From: Octopus vulgaris
Taxonomy: Eukaryota
DNA: 64,000 bases
Direction: 5' to 3'
NCBI GenBank assembly: GCA_951406725.2
Contig: OX597825.1
Location: forward strand, 60,388,001-60,452,000
Part shown: positions 28,823 to 42,985 of the stretch, piece by piece
Position numbering within the stretch: the stretch's first letter is position 1
How the letters are laid out: each line of letters starts with the position of its first letter
Position numbers and translations under genes: made by a program
Notes under the pieces: generated by a model
The model's database searches: none
Told to the model about the DNA's origin: nothing
Seen by the model: the letters and a program-made list of their open reading frames with translations, nothing else

Positions 28823-28855
28823 TTTCCGACAAAGAGCTATGCTCGAAACGTTAAA
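28823..28855 (+). ncRNA. Degenerate hammerhead-like motif (same family as 19516)
   Basis: ttt-CCGACAA-a-gagc tat gctc-GAAACGTT-aaa. The downstream tail is similar to 19550-19650. Confidence 0.5.
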
Positions 28856-29309
28856 CTCTCTCTTTTCACCAAGCGTCAGGCTAATATACTTCTTGTGTAC
28901 TTCCACACATTCGTTGTTTTTCTTCTTTTCCCCCCGTTTTATATCCGTTTATTTGAATTGACTATTTACTGTACGCTCACACGGACCATACTCGTGTTTC
29001 GTACTGTTGCACTACCTGAGTCATGGATTTCTTACTCTTGGATAACGTTACCTTTTAATTCATTCGGGGTACATCGTTTTAGCACCTTTGATTATATATA
29101 CATACATATAAAACAAATATTGAGCGATTATCGATCCAGGCAAAATACTTTATAAGCTCTCCGTTGGTACACCAGGCTAACTATATTAGTTAGATTAGTG
29201 AAACATTTCAAGAGAACTCTTGGTAGGATTACGAGTTATGGCTCATCACACACACACGCACACACACATATACACCTTCACGCACCCAAACTGCCCCCCA
29301 CATATATGG

Positions 29310-30489
29310 TAAGAGTGGGGCTGAAAAGTTCATAGGCTGACTATTGAGTGATGTTAGAGCTGTGAAATCTTGTATGCATCAATTTAATCTTTTCGTATTA
29401 ATTGCATTGTTTATTTCATGGCAAACTGACATCTGACTAATTAAAGACGACACTAAAAGTAACTAGCATCGATTTCTCTTGAAAATGGACACAATTTCGC
29501 ACCGTAGTGCTATCAAGTACCTGCAGAAAATTCCCCCAAGCACATTCATGCTAACATGATTGTTACATTAGGAGATGACGATCTAGCTTTATGAAAAGTG
29601 CAGAATTGGGCAACTGAATTTAGGAGATGGTGATGACCAAGGCCTGGACGTCCTGAAATTGCCAGTATCGAGGGAAACATTGATCATGTTCACCACATAT
29701 GATGGATAACAGGCAATTAATTATAAATCAAATAGCCAATGCTATTAGTATATCCCGTATCAGAGTTTAGAATATTCTGCAAAATAAACTTGGTATGACA
29801 AAAGTTTCTCTTAGGTGGGTGCCACGTCTTCTGACACCTGATCAAAGGCGCACTAGGCTGATTACATTACAGAGAAATTTGGCATTAAGACATCCAGCTG
29901 TTTTGCTTGAAGGAAACACACCACTTCACCTACTCCAAACAAGATAACGCTTGTTTCTTGTGCAGGGAAGTGATGGCTTCACTTTTTAGAATGCAAAAGA
30001 CATTTTTTTTGTTGACTCTTTTCAAAAAGACTCTTTTCAATGAAGAGTGCGCTCCCAACCCATTGAGGTAGTTAAGAAAGTCCATCAAGACCAAATGGCC
30101 AGAAAGACTGACAAAAGGCATCATGTTTCATCAGGACAATGCTCCATCCAAACGTCCTTGGTTCCAAAAGGTACTGTATCTTGAACAGGTTGATTCTCCT
30201 CATTTTCCTAATGTGACCCCATCTCCCTATCATGTTCCCTAACATAAAAAAAACAAAAACACTTGGCTATAGACCAGTTTTAAAGTAATGATGGTATCAT
30301 GTCTGCCGTTGATGACTGTCTTTTGACTAACAGGATGAAATATTATATCATGGGATACGAAACACTACAACACCGATGAAAGATGTTCTTGGATCGGAAG
30401 AGAGCCTATGTTATAAAAATAAACGTAATTTGGATACATTTCATATAGTATCTTGGTCAGCTTATTGAATTTTTCAGATGGACTTCGTA
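29310..30489 (+). mobile_element. Near full-length decayed mariner transposon
   Basis: Diverged TIRs (ggctgaaaagttcataggctgac / gtcagcttattgaatttttcag) with TA ends. Internal WVPRLLTPDQ and FHQDNAP motifs plus a degenerate SPDLAPSDY-like motif. Many stops. Confidence 0.85.
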
Positions 30490-30565
30490 AGAGAATAACT
30501 GCTGCATAAATTTCATACTAACATGAGAATTCCTTTGCTGTTCTGTCTATTTCTCTCTTTGTAAG

Positions 30566-30657
30566 ACTAGACTTATTCTACCGGTCTCTTTCGCCGAACG
30601 TAAGCACACCACCATCGGTTGTCAAGCGATGTTGGGGGGACAAACACACACACACAA

Positions 30658-30745
<88 letters not shown>

Positions 30746-30925
30746 CATACATACATATATACTACGGGCTTCTTTCGGTTTCCGTCTACCAAATCCACTC
30801 ATAAGGCTTTGGTCGGCCCGAGGCTATAGTAGAAGATGCCTGGCCAAGGTGCCACGCAGTGGGACTGAACCCGGAACCATGTGGTTGGTAAGCAAGCTAC
30901 GTACCACACAACCACTCCTGCGCCT
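30566..30925 (-). mobile_element. tRNA-derived SINE, family B (internal TA/CA microsatellite)
   Basis: Head gtgtggtacgtagcttgcttaccaaccacatggttccgggttcagtcccactgcgtggcacc. Homologous to copies at 33066, 34770, 50165 and 59065. Confidence 0.85.
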
Positions 30926-31439
30926 GAATAGGTTTTACCAACAAGAATGTAAGGAATTATATTTGTAATGCTCCTTTTAATTTAATGGAATTTCTAATGC
31001 GTCATTTAATTCAGTGAAAATTAATAATCTTATTAGAATTCAGTTCTTTATAAAACGTTCTCTTAATACCTTCCTTGGATTAATAACAAAATAAATATAC
31101 TATAATATTACACTACATGGCAATGAAAAGGTGCACTTATTTTGTAGTTGCTGTGTAATTTTATTCGCTGCTATTACAAAATGACTGTAATATTGTTTAT
31201 CGTTATTTCATTACTATTAATATTACAAGTGAGCTACTTATATAATTATAAATAACCATAATTATTATGATAATCATTATAATAAATATCCAGTTGAGAA
31301 TACTGGTTAACACAATGTTCTCAGTAAATATACTTCTGTACTGAACAAATGCTCATTGAGATGTATGTATGTATGTATGTATGTATGTATGTATGTATGT
31401 ATGTATGTATGCATTTATGTGTGTTTGTATGTATCCCTT

Positions 31440-31532
<93 letters not shown>

Positions 31533-32216
31533 GAGTGAAAGTGACGGTGAGTGGTGGCATCGTTTGTTTTGCGATTTTAAATGTGTATCACATCTCAAGA
31601 AAAGCAGATTATAGATACATACAGACATTGCTAAATTAAAAGTGGGGGAGAGGAGGGACACATAGGAAATGAAAGAGAAAGAGAGAAAATGAGAGAGGCG
31701 GTAGATGCATAGATCGAAATAAACGCTGATACATAGATACATTGACACAGCAAATATTGTACGTCACTTTCACTTTTTATTACCACACAAGGATAAAATT
31801 AACTCATAAGTGGGTGAGTACTCTACATACATGCATATCATTAACGTAGTTCTCAAGGATATGACAAGGCTGCCCCTTTGAATTACAGCTACAACTCATT
31901 TTGGCCAGCTGAGTGGACTGGAGCAAGATAAACCTTCAGGTCGTTGGAAGAAAAGGAAAAAAACTTTTTAGTCGTGTCATTATGGGTATTAATCCGGTCC
32001 TAACAGCGGCATTTGTGGGTCTCACAGATCTGGAGGCCAAGCCACCAGATAAACAACGATTCGTTGGCTGTTATTATCAAATTGAGCGAGATCGAGGGCG
32101 AATACACGGCGGAATAACAATCATTTCGCCTTAGCTTTCAATGTTTATACTAAACGCATGGCATTTTTGCCTTACGATATAGAACATTTCCTTCTCTTTC
32201 AGTCTTACTTAAAAAT

Positions 32217-32528
32217 GGCACTCCGTCGGTTACGACGATGAGGTTCCTGTTTATCTGGTCAACGAACAATCTGCTCGTAAAATTAATGCGCAAGAGGCTG
32301 AGTACTCCACAGACATGATTACCATGAGGTCGTTCTCAGGGACATTCAGCCTCATACAGAGTGTGACAAGGCTGGCTCCATTGATTTACAGCTACAACTT
32401 ATTTTTGCCAGCTGAGTGGACTGCAGCAAGGTGAAGAAGAGTACCTAGCTCAAAATCAGCGCACCGCTGGGAATCGTACACACGACTTTATGATCGTGGG
32501 GCGAATACCCTAACCACTGAGCCACGCT
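32217..32528 (-). mobile_element. tRNA-derived SINE sharing its 3' tail with 57903-58282 (partial copy also at 31812-31927)
   Basis: Head gcgtggctcagtggttagggtattcg. Tail ...gtaaccgacggagtgcc. Confidence 0.75.
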
Positions 32529-33065
32529 CATTCACTGTCTTAACCATAGAGACAAGGAGTGAAACAATAGAGACAGAGAAAGGAAAGCCTCAGTCATTTA
32601 AAATGATAATTAGACTGAAAATCATTGATCTTTTCTAGCTTCTTTACTTTTAACAATGCAATAGGGGGAAAGACATTTAGTAATGAATAGAGGGAAAGTT
32701 TTTCAGGTCTTTACGTTTTTGTTCTAGGAGTCCAAGAACGATCGACTATTAGGTCTCTCTTCTTTCCCCCAGCCCGGTATTTATTCGCCTTCTTTCATAG
32801 TTCTTCGTGTCTTTAATTTGGGGAGGGGGAAGATTATGTTGTTTGTTCAGGCACGTTTAACGTGTTCTCTACAAACTACAAACAAGCCTCGCTCCCTTCC
32901 TTTTCTTTCTTCATACAAAATCTAATGCAAATTTTGAACGGAGTATAGCTTTGAAAAGAGCGCAGAAAAAAGGGTAACACTCCTGACAAAATGGGTAGGG
33001 TAGGTGAGAAATTTGCCAACAGATGGCTACACGAAATTTAACTCTATAGTTTAAAGAGTGTTTTC

Positions 33066-33115
33066 TGTTATAGCCTCGGGAGTGAATTTGGTAGACGGAA
33101 ACTGAGAGAAGCCAG

Positions 33116-33173
<58 letters not shown>

Positions 33174-33368
33174 TTATATATTTATATATATTTATATATA
33201 ATATTTGTGTGTTGGCGTTCCCGTAACTTAGCTATTCGTCATAAGACGTTGATAGAATAAGCACCAGGCTTACAGGGAATAAGTCCTGGGGTCAATTTCT
33301 TCGACTAAAGGGCGGTGCTCCAGCATGTCCACTGTCAAATGACCTAAGCAAGTGAAAGAATAAAAGAA
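33066..33368 (+). mobile_element. SINE family B, 5'-truncated
   Basis: tatagcctcggg...ggtagacggaaactga...(TA)n...ggcggtgctccagcatg...aagtgaaagaata. Confidence 0.8.
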
Positions 33369-33774
33369 TACCAGAAGAACGTTCCGTATCACTAAACTAA
33401 GAAGGTTTTTTGAATATGTACGATATATTTTAAGGCTAAATAGTAATTCTGTTTACGTTTGGGCAACTGAGATATTTTGATTGTATAGTTAGCGGTTTTA
33501 TGCTTCCTTCTATATTCTCTAACTGTCACAATATAGGAATATTTCTCATGGCATCAGCACACAATTTGCAATTGCTTACATTTTTTTTTTTTTTCTGTGA
33601 ACTTTTTATGGGCCCAGCTAATATACATAAATGTATGTGTATATATATAAATACCTATGAATAGAAAGCAATGTATTACACATTCTAAGAACGATGAGTG
33701 GAAATTTTTCTTCAGTGGGACTTGAACTTAGAACGCAGTAACTTAGAATATAACCCGCTAATCGTACTTTTTTT

Positions 33775-34207
33775 CCTTTTTACTCTAGGCACAAGGCACG
33801 GAATTTTGGGGAAGGGTGGGGGCCAGTCGACTGGATCGATCCCAGTACGCAACTGCTACTTAATTTATCGATCCCGGAAGGATGAAAGGTAAAGTCGACC
33901 TCGGCAGAATTTGAACTCAGAACGTAAAGACATACGATATACCGATAATCATTTCGCCCGGCGTGCTAACGCTTCTTATTTCTTTATTGCCCACAAGGAG
34001 CTAAACATAGAGGGGACAAACAAAGACAGACAAAGGCATTAAGTCGATTACTTCGACCCCAGTGCCTGACTGGTACTTAATTTATCGACCAATAAAGGAT
34101 GAAAGGCAAAATCGACCTCGGCGGAATTTGAACTCAGAACGTAAATTCAGACGAAATGCCACTAAGTATTTCATCCGGCGTGCTAACGTTTCTGCCAGCT
34201 CGCCGCC
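33775..34207 (-). mobile_element. Two tandem SINE family A units
   Basis: Two copies of ggatgaaagg..gtcgacctcggc.gaatttgaactcagaacgtaaa. Confidence 0.85.
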
Positions 34208-34769
34208 TTCTCCCGCTTTTCATAGTGACAACTCTCTAACGGCGCTGATAAATTCCATGCATTATGTATTTATATACCCATTCATGTTTGTATATATGCA
34301 TGCACACATAATTGCAAATACATATGTGTTTGTTTGTTTGCCCTAGTGCGATCGCGTTCGTGTATGTTGGGAAATTTAAGATACGTGAGAATAATTTTGG
34401 TATTTTGACCTGCTGTAAAATTGTGATACTAAATAAAATCAAATTTCTTAGAGTTGACGTGACCTTTAAACAGATATAAAATGGAAAGTAATCTATCATA
34501 AATACAAAATATCCTACCAAAATATGTACACACATTGAAGTCAGTGTTATAATGTGATAATTTATTAAAATATATTTCCTTTCAAAATTTAATAGGATCT
34601 ACAAACACAATTTTATCTTATGAACGCCTGCATTCAAACTGATGGCAGTTCTCAATGAACTGCTAATAACAAGAAGCAATGGAATCGCAAATATCAATAA
34701 ACATTTCGTGTGCATTTCTCTTCATTCGTTGCCTTCAAATCTTCGTAACTTGACTGTTGTGTACAGCAA

Positions 34770-35100
34770 AGTATCCCTAATTACTTCCTTCTGACATGTT
34801 TCGGGGTTCAACCCCACTGCATAACAACATGGGCATGTGTCTTCTACTATAGCCTCGGGCCCAGAGCATCTGGTAGAGGAAAACTACAAGAAGGTCGTCG
34901 TTTGTTCGTGTGTGTATGTGTGTGTACATATATATATATATATATATATACTCATATGTGTGCCTTTGTGTCAGTTTTTGCTGCTCACTGTCAACGCTTG
35001 ACAATCGGCGTCGGTTCGTTTAACGATAGAATGAGCTCTAAGTTTAAAAACTAGAATTCCTGGAGTGGATTTGTTCGAATACACTTCTTCAAGGCGGTAC
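34770..35100 (+). mobile_element. SINE family B, diverged
   Basis: ggggttcaaccccactgc...gtgtcttctactatagcctcgggcc...cgcttgacaatcg...aaggcggtac. Confidence 0.7.
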
Positions 35101-35383
35101 CACATATATATACACTCAGACATATATTATAATATATCCATGACAAAATAGCAAACACGTTCTGGAAGAATTAAAGACTAACATGAAAGGAAAATGTTAT
35201 ACATCTTTCAAATACCCCTGGTATACAGCAGCATTGATCTGATTTCCTTAAAGGGAAATTACATGGTCTGCTTGCTCAAAATCCAACTTACAAGCATATT
35301 ACCGTAAATCCAAGCAAATTAAACACCGTCATATACAGTACTGCCTCAGTTTTCGAACAACTCTGATCGCGGTTAAATCATCC

Positions 35384-35435
<52 letters not shown>

Positions 35436-35457
35436 AGAGAGAGAGAGAGAGATGGAC

Positions 35458-35490
<33 letters not shown>

Positions 35491-35521
35491 CATAGATAGA
35501 TAGAATGATAGATAGATAGAT

Positions 35522-35614
<93 letters not shown>

Positions 35615-35899
35615 TAAGCACGATTTATTGGTGATCAGAGGCGTTCGTAAACCGTGGCATTACTGCATTAAATGAATATGAGAAAGACAGGCGATAAATT
35701 ACGAGTTATTCGTGATCAGACTTGTTCGAAAACCGAGGTTCTGCTGATATAGAATCAATATACATACAAACATACACAAACACACAGACAGGCACTCACA
35801 CACAAAAGAAGCCATATTTCTATACACATTCATATATATTCATATATGAATATATGGGGATATATAATTGTATGCTTTTTGTTCAAATGTCTGCGCATG

Positions 35900-35960
<61 letters not shown>

Positions 35961-36308
35961 ACATATGTAGTGAGACATAAGGAAAGAAACGAAGAAACGC
36001 CGTATTTAAGATGTATATGAAAGGAAAAGATTAAATGATACATAGATATCAAAGATGAAATTAAAATATTCGATCGCAATATACATTAAAAAAACTGATA
36101 CGATTATTAAGATAACTTATACACATGATGTATGTAATACCACAATATAAACAAATTAAAATATATATCTATAATCCTAATTAAATGACTCTGTATACAT
36201 ATGTACGGGCGTATGTGATTATGCCTCCTAGTTTACAAACATATAGAGAAACATACACACATATGCGTAATTATAAGTACACAAATGTACATATTCAAAT
36301 AATAGATA

Positions 36309-36359
<51 letters not shown>

Positions 36360-37025
36360 CGTGTATATATATATATATATATATATATACATAGGTTCGT
36401 ATGTATACATCTTATCCTTGTATATAAACAATATTCTCTAATCAGTTTACGTCTTATGTGAATGCATATGTGTTGCTTGAACAAATGGTGTACTGTTAAT
36501 ATAGACTGATTTTGTACCGACAGTAGATCTGACATTAATCACAATTAACTGAAAAAAGTTCAATAGGTCAATGATCTTGGGGATTAATGTAAAATTATTG
36601 ATGGTTTGTCTGTCAGTTGACTATGTTAAACAACATCATAAAAGAAGAATTAGCTTATTAAAACCTTGTTTCATTTATTTATTTCCTTATCCGTTTAAGT
36701 CGTATGTTTTAGAAATGACTTTAACTGATGTCAAATAGATTTACCCTTTGTTGTCGTAAATTTCTTTTTATGTAAATATGAGTTACTAAAGATCGAACCT
36801 TAGGATGTTGTAACTGTTCGACAGGAAAATAATTACGATCACCGATATCAGAATTACAATAATCGTGAGTATTACAAGTACGATCATAATATACACAATG
36901 ATAATAGTCATAATCATGATAAGCTTTATAGTAATGTTTATTATTATCATAATCATAAATATCGAAATTATAAGTCACACTTATACACACACACACACAC
37001 TCACACATACACACGCACGCATACT

Positions 37026-37057
<32 letters not shown>

Positions 37058-37065
37058 CACACACG

Positions 37066-37098
<33 letters not shown>

Positions 37099-37249
37099 TC
37101 GAAAAAATAAGGTACTCAGAAATCTGGATGGTTGTACATTTACAGATTTTTATAAATATGTCACGTGCTTTTATAAATCATATATTGGCGTTTGCATCTA
37201 CTCTAGTAGAATCTCCAGATTCATATATGTATATATATATATATATATT

Positions 37250-37300
<51 letters not shown>

Positions 37301-37383
37301 ATATATACATATATATATATATGTATATGTATATATGTATATATATACATATATATATGTATGTATGAATGTATGTATGTATA

Positions 37384-37434
<51 letters not shown>

Positions 37435-37436
<2 letters not shown>

Positions 37437-37853
37437 TTATTATATAGAAGGAGCTTCTACAGGACTAGTACTGTTTCATTCAAGAGAAATCTTCAGGAAG
37501 CTATTTAACAAGAATTGTATTAGCATTTATACATTTAGGCAGGTTTAAAGGAGTGGTGGTGGGGGACTTTTTGGGGGTAGGCATAGCGCAAAATATCATA
37601 CTTGGGGGAGTGGTCAAGGAGTCAGTGGTAAGTTAGATGAAAGAATAGATAAATAAAAAAATAAAAAAATAAAAAAATAAAAAAATATAAAAAATATATA
37701 TAAAAAAATATATATATAAAATATATATATAAAAAAATATATATATAAAAAAAGGGGGGATAGAGTTATAGGTAAATAAGGAGATTCTCACTTATACCTA
37801 TACACACATGTATACGTATCTACACACACATATATATACACATATATATACAT

Positions 37854-37904
<51 letters not shown>

Positions 37905-38791
37905 CACACATACATACATATCTACATACACACATACATACACCCGCCCACATATACAAATTTATACACATGCACATGCCTATACCTGTCTACACATACA
38001 CACACGTATATATGCATACACTCACTCCCATGCATGCACGCATACACACATGTATATATATATATATATATACCCACGACCACACATACATATATACACA
38101 TAAAAATATATATTCATACGCACATACACTCATGCACACACAACACACCTAGTTCCCTATATACACATATTTACACCTATATATACATACACCCACATAC
38201 ACCTATGTACATATATATATATATAAATATATATATAATATACATATACACGCATACATATATATACATGTGTGCACATACATACATACACACATATATA
38301 CATACACATACACATACACATGTGTACCTATACATACCTACACATACACACATACATACATACAAATATATATATATACATATATATATATACAATCCAA
38401 TACAGGCCCATTCCCTAATTTTAATTTTATTATCTTCATTTATTACTTTTGTTATCTTTGATCGCTAGAGCTAAGAATCCTGGCAATGGCTGCATGTCCA
38501 TTTGTCTGTCTACTAGAAGGCAAGTACTCATTCCCGCACGCACACTCATTAGCACGTACATTCACCCATTCGTACACTCATACACATACACGTACGCACG
38601 CGTTATATTCATACATACAAACATCTACATACGTTCACGTATATACACATACGTACTCGTACCTACAGATTCGTGTCTACACTTTAGGAGGCTAGTCTAT
38701 ACATATACACCAATAAATATACATATATATATATATATACACACATATACATACACACACACACATATATACTCCTACATACAGATACATA

Positions 38792-38833
<42 letters not shown>

Positions 38834-39328
38834 ATACATACACATACACACATACATATACACACACATACATACACATATATATACATACACAAACATA
38901 TATACACACATATATATATACATACACACATACACACATACATACGTATACATACATACATACATCCATACATCCATACTTACATGCATTTATACGCATA
39001 CACACACCCATCTATATATATGTATATATATATATATATATATATACACACTCACACATACATATACAAATCTACGCACACACATACATACATACACGTA
39101 TACACATACACGCACATACACATATACATGCGTACCCATACACGTGCACACACGCACGCGCATCCATATATATACACACACACACATATATATACACGTG
39201 TGCAAGCATACATACATACTCATACGCGCACACATACTTACATATACATATATGCACACACTTACACACATATATATACATACACATATACATGCATACA
39301 TACATATATGCATACATACACACACGCA

Positions 39329-39400
<72 letters not shown>

Positions 39401-39439
39401 CACATACATACACATACACATACATACACACATATACAC

Positions 39440-39474
<35 letters not shown>

Positions 39475-39681
39475 TACATATATACACATATACATACATA
39501 TACATACACACACACATACATATATACATATACACTGATACACATACCCATACATATATATATATATATACACACACACACATATACACATGCATATACT
39601 TATATCACTACATACTCACATATATAAACATATATACATATACACACATACATATATACATGTACATACACATACGTATGC

Positions 39682-39746
<65 letters not shown>

Positions 39747-40402
39747 TACATATACACATATACATGTATACATACGTAAAAATGATACACATATATACAC
39801 ATACACACACACAGACAGATGCATATACATACATATATATATATAAACTACATATCTATATAAATACATACATAATACACATATACACACACATATATAT
39901 ACATTCATGCATATACATATACAAGTATACATACACATACATACACACACACGCGCACACATACATATACACACACACATATACAAATACATACATACAC
40001 ACATACACACACACACATATATATATATATACATACATGTACACATATACATATGTATATATATATATCAACAAGGGAGGGTAAAGTTAATTAGTTATTA
40101 ATCAATTTCATCAAGTGTTCAGTATGTAAAGGGACCATTATTATTTTGAGTAAACAATGTTAGAGGGAAAAAAATTCTCTAAGTAGTGGAAGAGGCTAAA
40201 AAACTTTATTGGCTGCTATTTCTAGAAAGTTTAGTATGTGGCAAAGTAATTTATTTTATTTTACTAAGCCCTAATTATATAATATTTTATACATACATAC
40301 ACATACATAAGCACATACATTTACACATACATATGCATATACATATATACACATATACATACAAACACATATACACATATACACACACACACACATACAA
40401 GC

Positions 40403-40441
<39 letters not shown>

Positions 40442-40462
40442 ATATATATACATATATATTTT

Positions 40463-40509
<47 letters not shown>

Positions 40510-40928
40510 TACATGCATACATACACACACACACACATAATACATGCGTATATTCCTACTGTACCCATGCATTTCTATACATATATACATACATACGATA
40601 CACATATACAAGCGTGCACATATAATATGTGAAAGGTCTTAGGAGAAAAGGTAATCGGGGGTGCTAGGGGAACAGTGGGGTTGGGGGGGGGTTATAGGGG
40701 GTTGTAGGGGGGTTGTAGGGGGGGTTGTCATCAATCAGGTTGCCGGGTAGGTCTATAGTTCTTGTAGTTCGCATACTTCTTATGCATGCAATTTGGGGAG
40801 TGTTCTGAAAATTTGTTAAGGAGAGGGCCTTTGGCGAACAAGATCTCTAGGCTCTCTGATATGCATAGGTCACAGCAGGTATGTCCTCCTGTGTACGAGC
40901 GCGCCTTCTGTAGTAGTTTCCACTTGGT
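37435..40928 (-). repeat. 3' pseudo-LTR (direct repeat copy 1)
   Basis: Near-identical to 42986-46447, from atttattatatagaaggagc to tagtagtttccacttggt. Differences are mostly microsatellite lengths. Confidence 0.92.
37452..37502 (-). ncRNA. Type I hammerhead ribozyme (PLE pLTR)
   Basis: agcttc-CTGAAGA-t ttc tctt gaa t-GAAA-cag tactagtc ctg-TA-gaagct. Stem I is 6 bp, the core is intact and loop III contains the palindrome ACTAGT. Confidence 0.88.
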
Positions 40929-42871
40929 CTTGAAGGGGATTGAGTTCCTTTTAAGGTACCAGATGTGGGCGGCGAGGGTAGTTTGGTTGGATTTATCCTG
41001 TCGCCGGAACGAGTGTGTATGTGCGTACCAGCGGGTCTTAAAGCTGTTTGACGTCATTCCAATGTAGGATTTACTTTTATCGTCAAGGCCTGATCTTACC
41101 TCGCATTTATATACTAGGTCCCTCTGTAGGCAGTTGTTGTTGAGGGGGCAGGTGGTTTTATCATGGCAGTTGCAATTGCTATCGGACGTTGGATGGGCCC
41201 CGGAGAAAGTAGATATGTTAAGTTTTTTTCACATTGTTGTTGGCTAGGTTCCTGGCTAGGTTGGGCGTGGTAGAGTAGGAGAGTCTAATAGTGTTCTTAT
41301 TTAGGATAGTGTAGTACTTATGTTGGGTGGGGAAGTGTTTCTGTAGGAGAGTGAAAAAGATCTTAGCTACAGGTGTAGCGACCTCACGGTTGAAGGGGGG
41401 TTGTACCAGCTAATGTGTCTTCGTCTATTTTTCCTGGGTTGGCGTGGGGCTATACTAGTGTAGGTAATCTTATCTTTAAAACCACTGCGGGCCAGGGCCT
41501 CGTTGTAATAGGGGGCTGCGGCCTTAAAGATATCTTCCGTGGCGGACAGGCTAGAGATTCTAATTGAGACACTTTTTACTAGGTTATCTAATATATTTCT
41601 GGGGTGGTTGGAATTGATATCTATATATCTAAGGGATTCATTTGGTTTGTGGTACGGGTAATAAAGTGAGGTTTTTAAGTCGAGGGTGACATCTAGGAAG
41701 TTAGCCTTTGTTAAGTTGGATTCTAGGGTAATCCTAAGGCCTAAGTTTTTAAAGAAGGTGTGAAGATTTTTCCGGAACCCATCCGTGGTCCTGGGGTTTA
41801 TATTGTGGAGGGCGAAAAGGCCGTCATCTCGGTAAAGACCACCGGAGAGGCCTGTGAATAGGGTTTTCAGCCTATGGAGGATGAAAAGGCCCACTAGGTC
41901 ACTTATTTCAGCAGAGTCGTTAGCACCCATGCTGACGTCGAAGGGGGTCACAGATTTTTTGTTGATCCAGTGGGATCCGTCATAGAAAAGAAAAGTCTTA
42001 CGTGCGTGGAGGATCACATCTTGCTCGGCCTCGGTGATGGTGGAGGACCTCCTGGCGAAGTTAATCGCATCGATCAGCAAGCTCTCCGATATAGAGGCGT
42101 AGTAATCCTCGATATCCAGTTGTAGGAATCGGGTGTTGCTTTTATCTGGTAAATCCCGGAACCAAGTTATTGCCTCGGAGGTCCTATTCCAGAGTGGAAG
42201 GGTGAAGCTTCACGCATTTTTGGTAAAATCCTGTCCAGGATCTTCTTGCTGACGGATCCGATGTCAGACTTGGTTGGGTTAATCAAACGGACCGACGGTT
42301 TATTTTCGAAATGGTCTTTGTGGTCTTTCAGGGTGAAGTGTGGGGACTTCACCCTCAGGGGTTCTGTTCGGTCGTCGATTTTAAGGGAGGTGGCAATCTC
42401 TTTCCCGGCCAAGTTGGTTTCAGTTAGCGCTGCGTCGTCTACTTTCTTGTATTTAGCTGTGATGGCGTTATCGGCTAGTCTATTATAGGTATCCGGAGTC
42501 ACCGCGTAAATATTTTTTGTCTTGTCCGAAGGGACATGGAGGTTCTGGGAGCTTTTCATTTTCGAAAGCTTCGCATTCAGTTCCGTTTGGAAAGGTAAGT
42601 TGACTCTCCTGAATTTGATGTTTTTTATCATGAGGAAGAGGTCTTCTTCAAACGGTTCAAGTAGGCTGTTGGTAGGAGGGGCCTTATTTGATTTGAAGCC
42701 GTACTTATCATTACTGGTAGATGCTACATCAGGGTTGTCGAAGAAGAAAGATCTCCATCGAATTCTTTTGATGAACTCATCAGTCCGTCTAATGAGGGCT
42801 TTTTGGTACTGTTTCCTTGGTGGGATAGTAATGTTCTTCAGGGAAGTGTCGAGGTCGATTCTTGTCAGCAT
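40731..42871 (-). CDS. PLE reverse transcriptase + GIY-YIG endonuclease (~713 aa after correcting 3 frameshifts)
   Basis: Motifs SDKT, QLDIEDYYASI, SMGANDSAEISDL, LYRDDGLF, NFLDVTL, YHKPN..SNHP, WYNPP, CNCHDKTTCPLNNNC and LVYKC...YIGMTSNSFKTRWYAH. Frameshifts at ~42196, ~41395 and ~41225. No other stops seen. Confidence 0.88.
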
Positions 42872-42985
42872 TTTTCTTGGTGATGGTTATAAGGGCACTA
42901 GGGTGTGCTAAGATATGTAGGTCCCGGGTTGATTCGGGGTTAACCACAGTAAGTAAGGTACTCAATACATAGCAGAGTAAAATTA

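Noticed and set aside
38449-39627. 392-aa ORF (and its 362-aa twin at 43960-45048) starting MLSLIARAK
   Set aside because: Antisense to the PLE UTR and mostly HTYI microsatellite translation. The frames diverge between copies through repeat slippage.
40731-42871. Programmed frameshifting or selenocysteine recoding in the PLE ORF
   Set aside because: No in-frame TGA seen in the corrected frame. Three separate run-length indels are more simply explained by sequencing error or decay.
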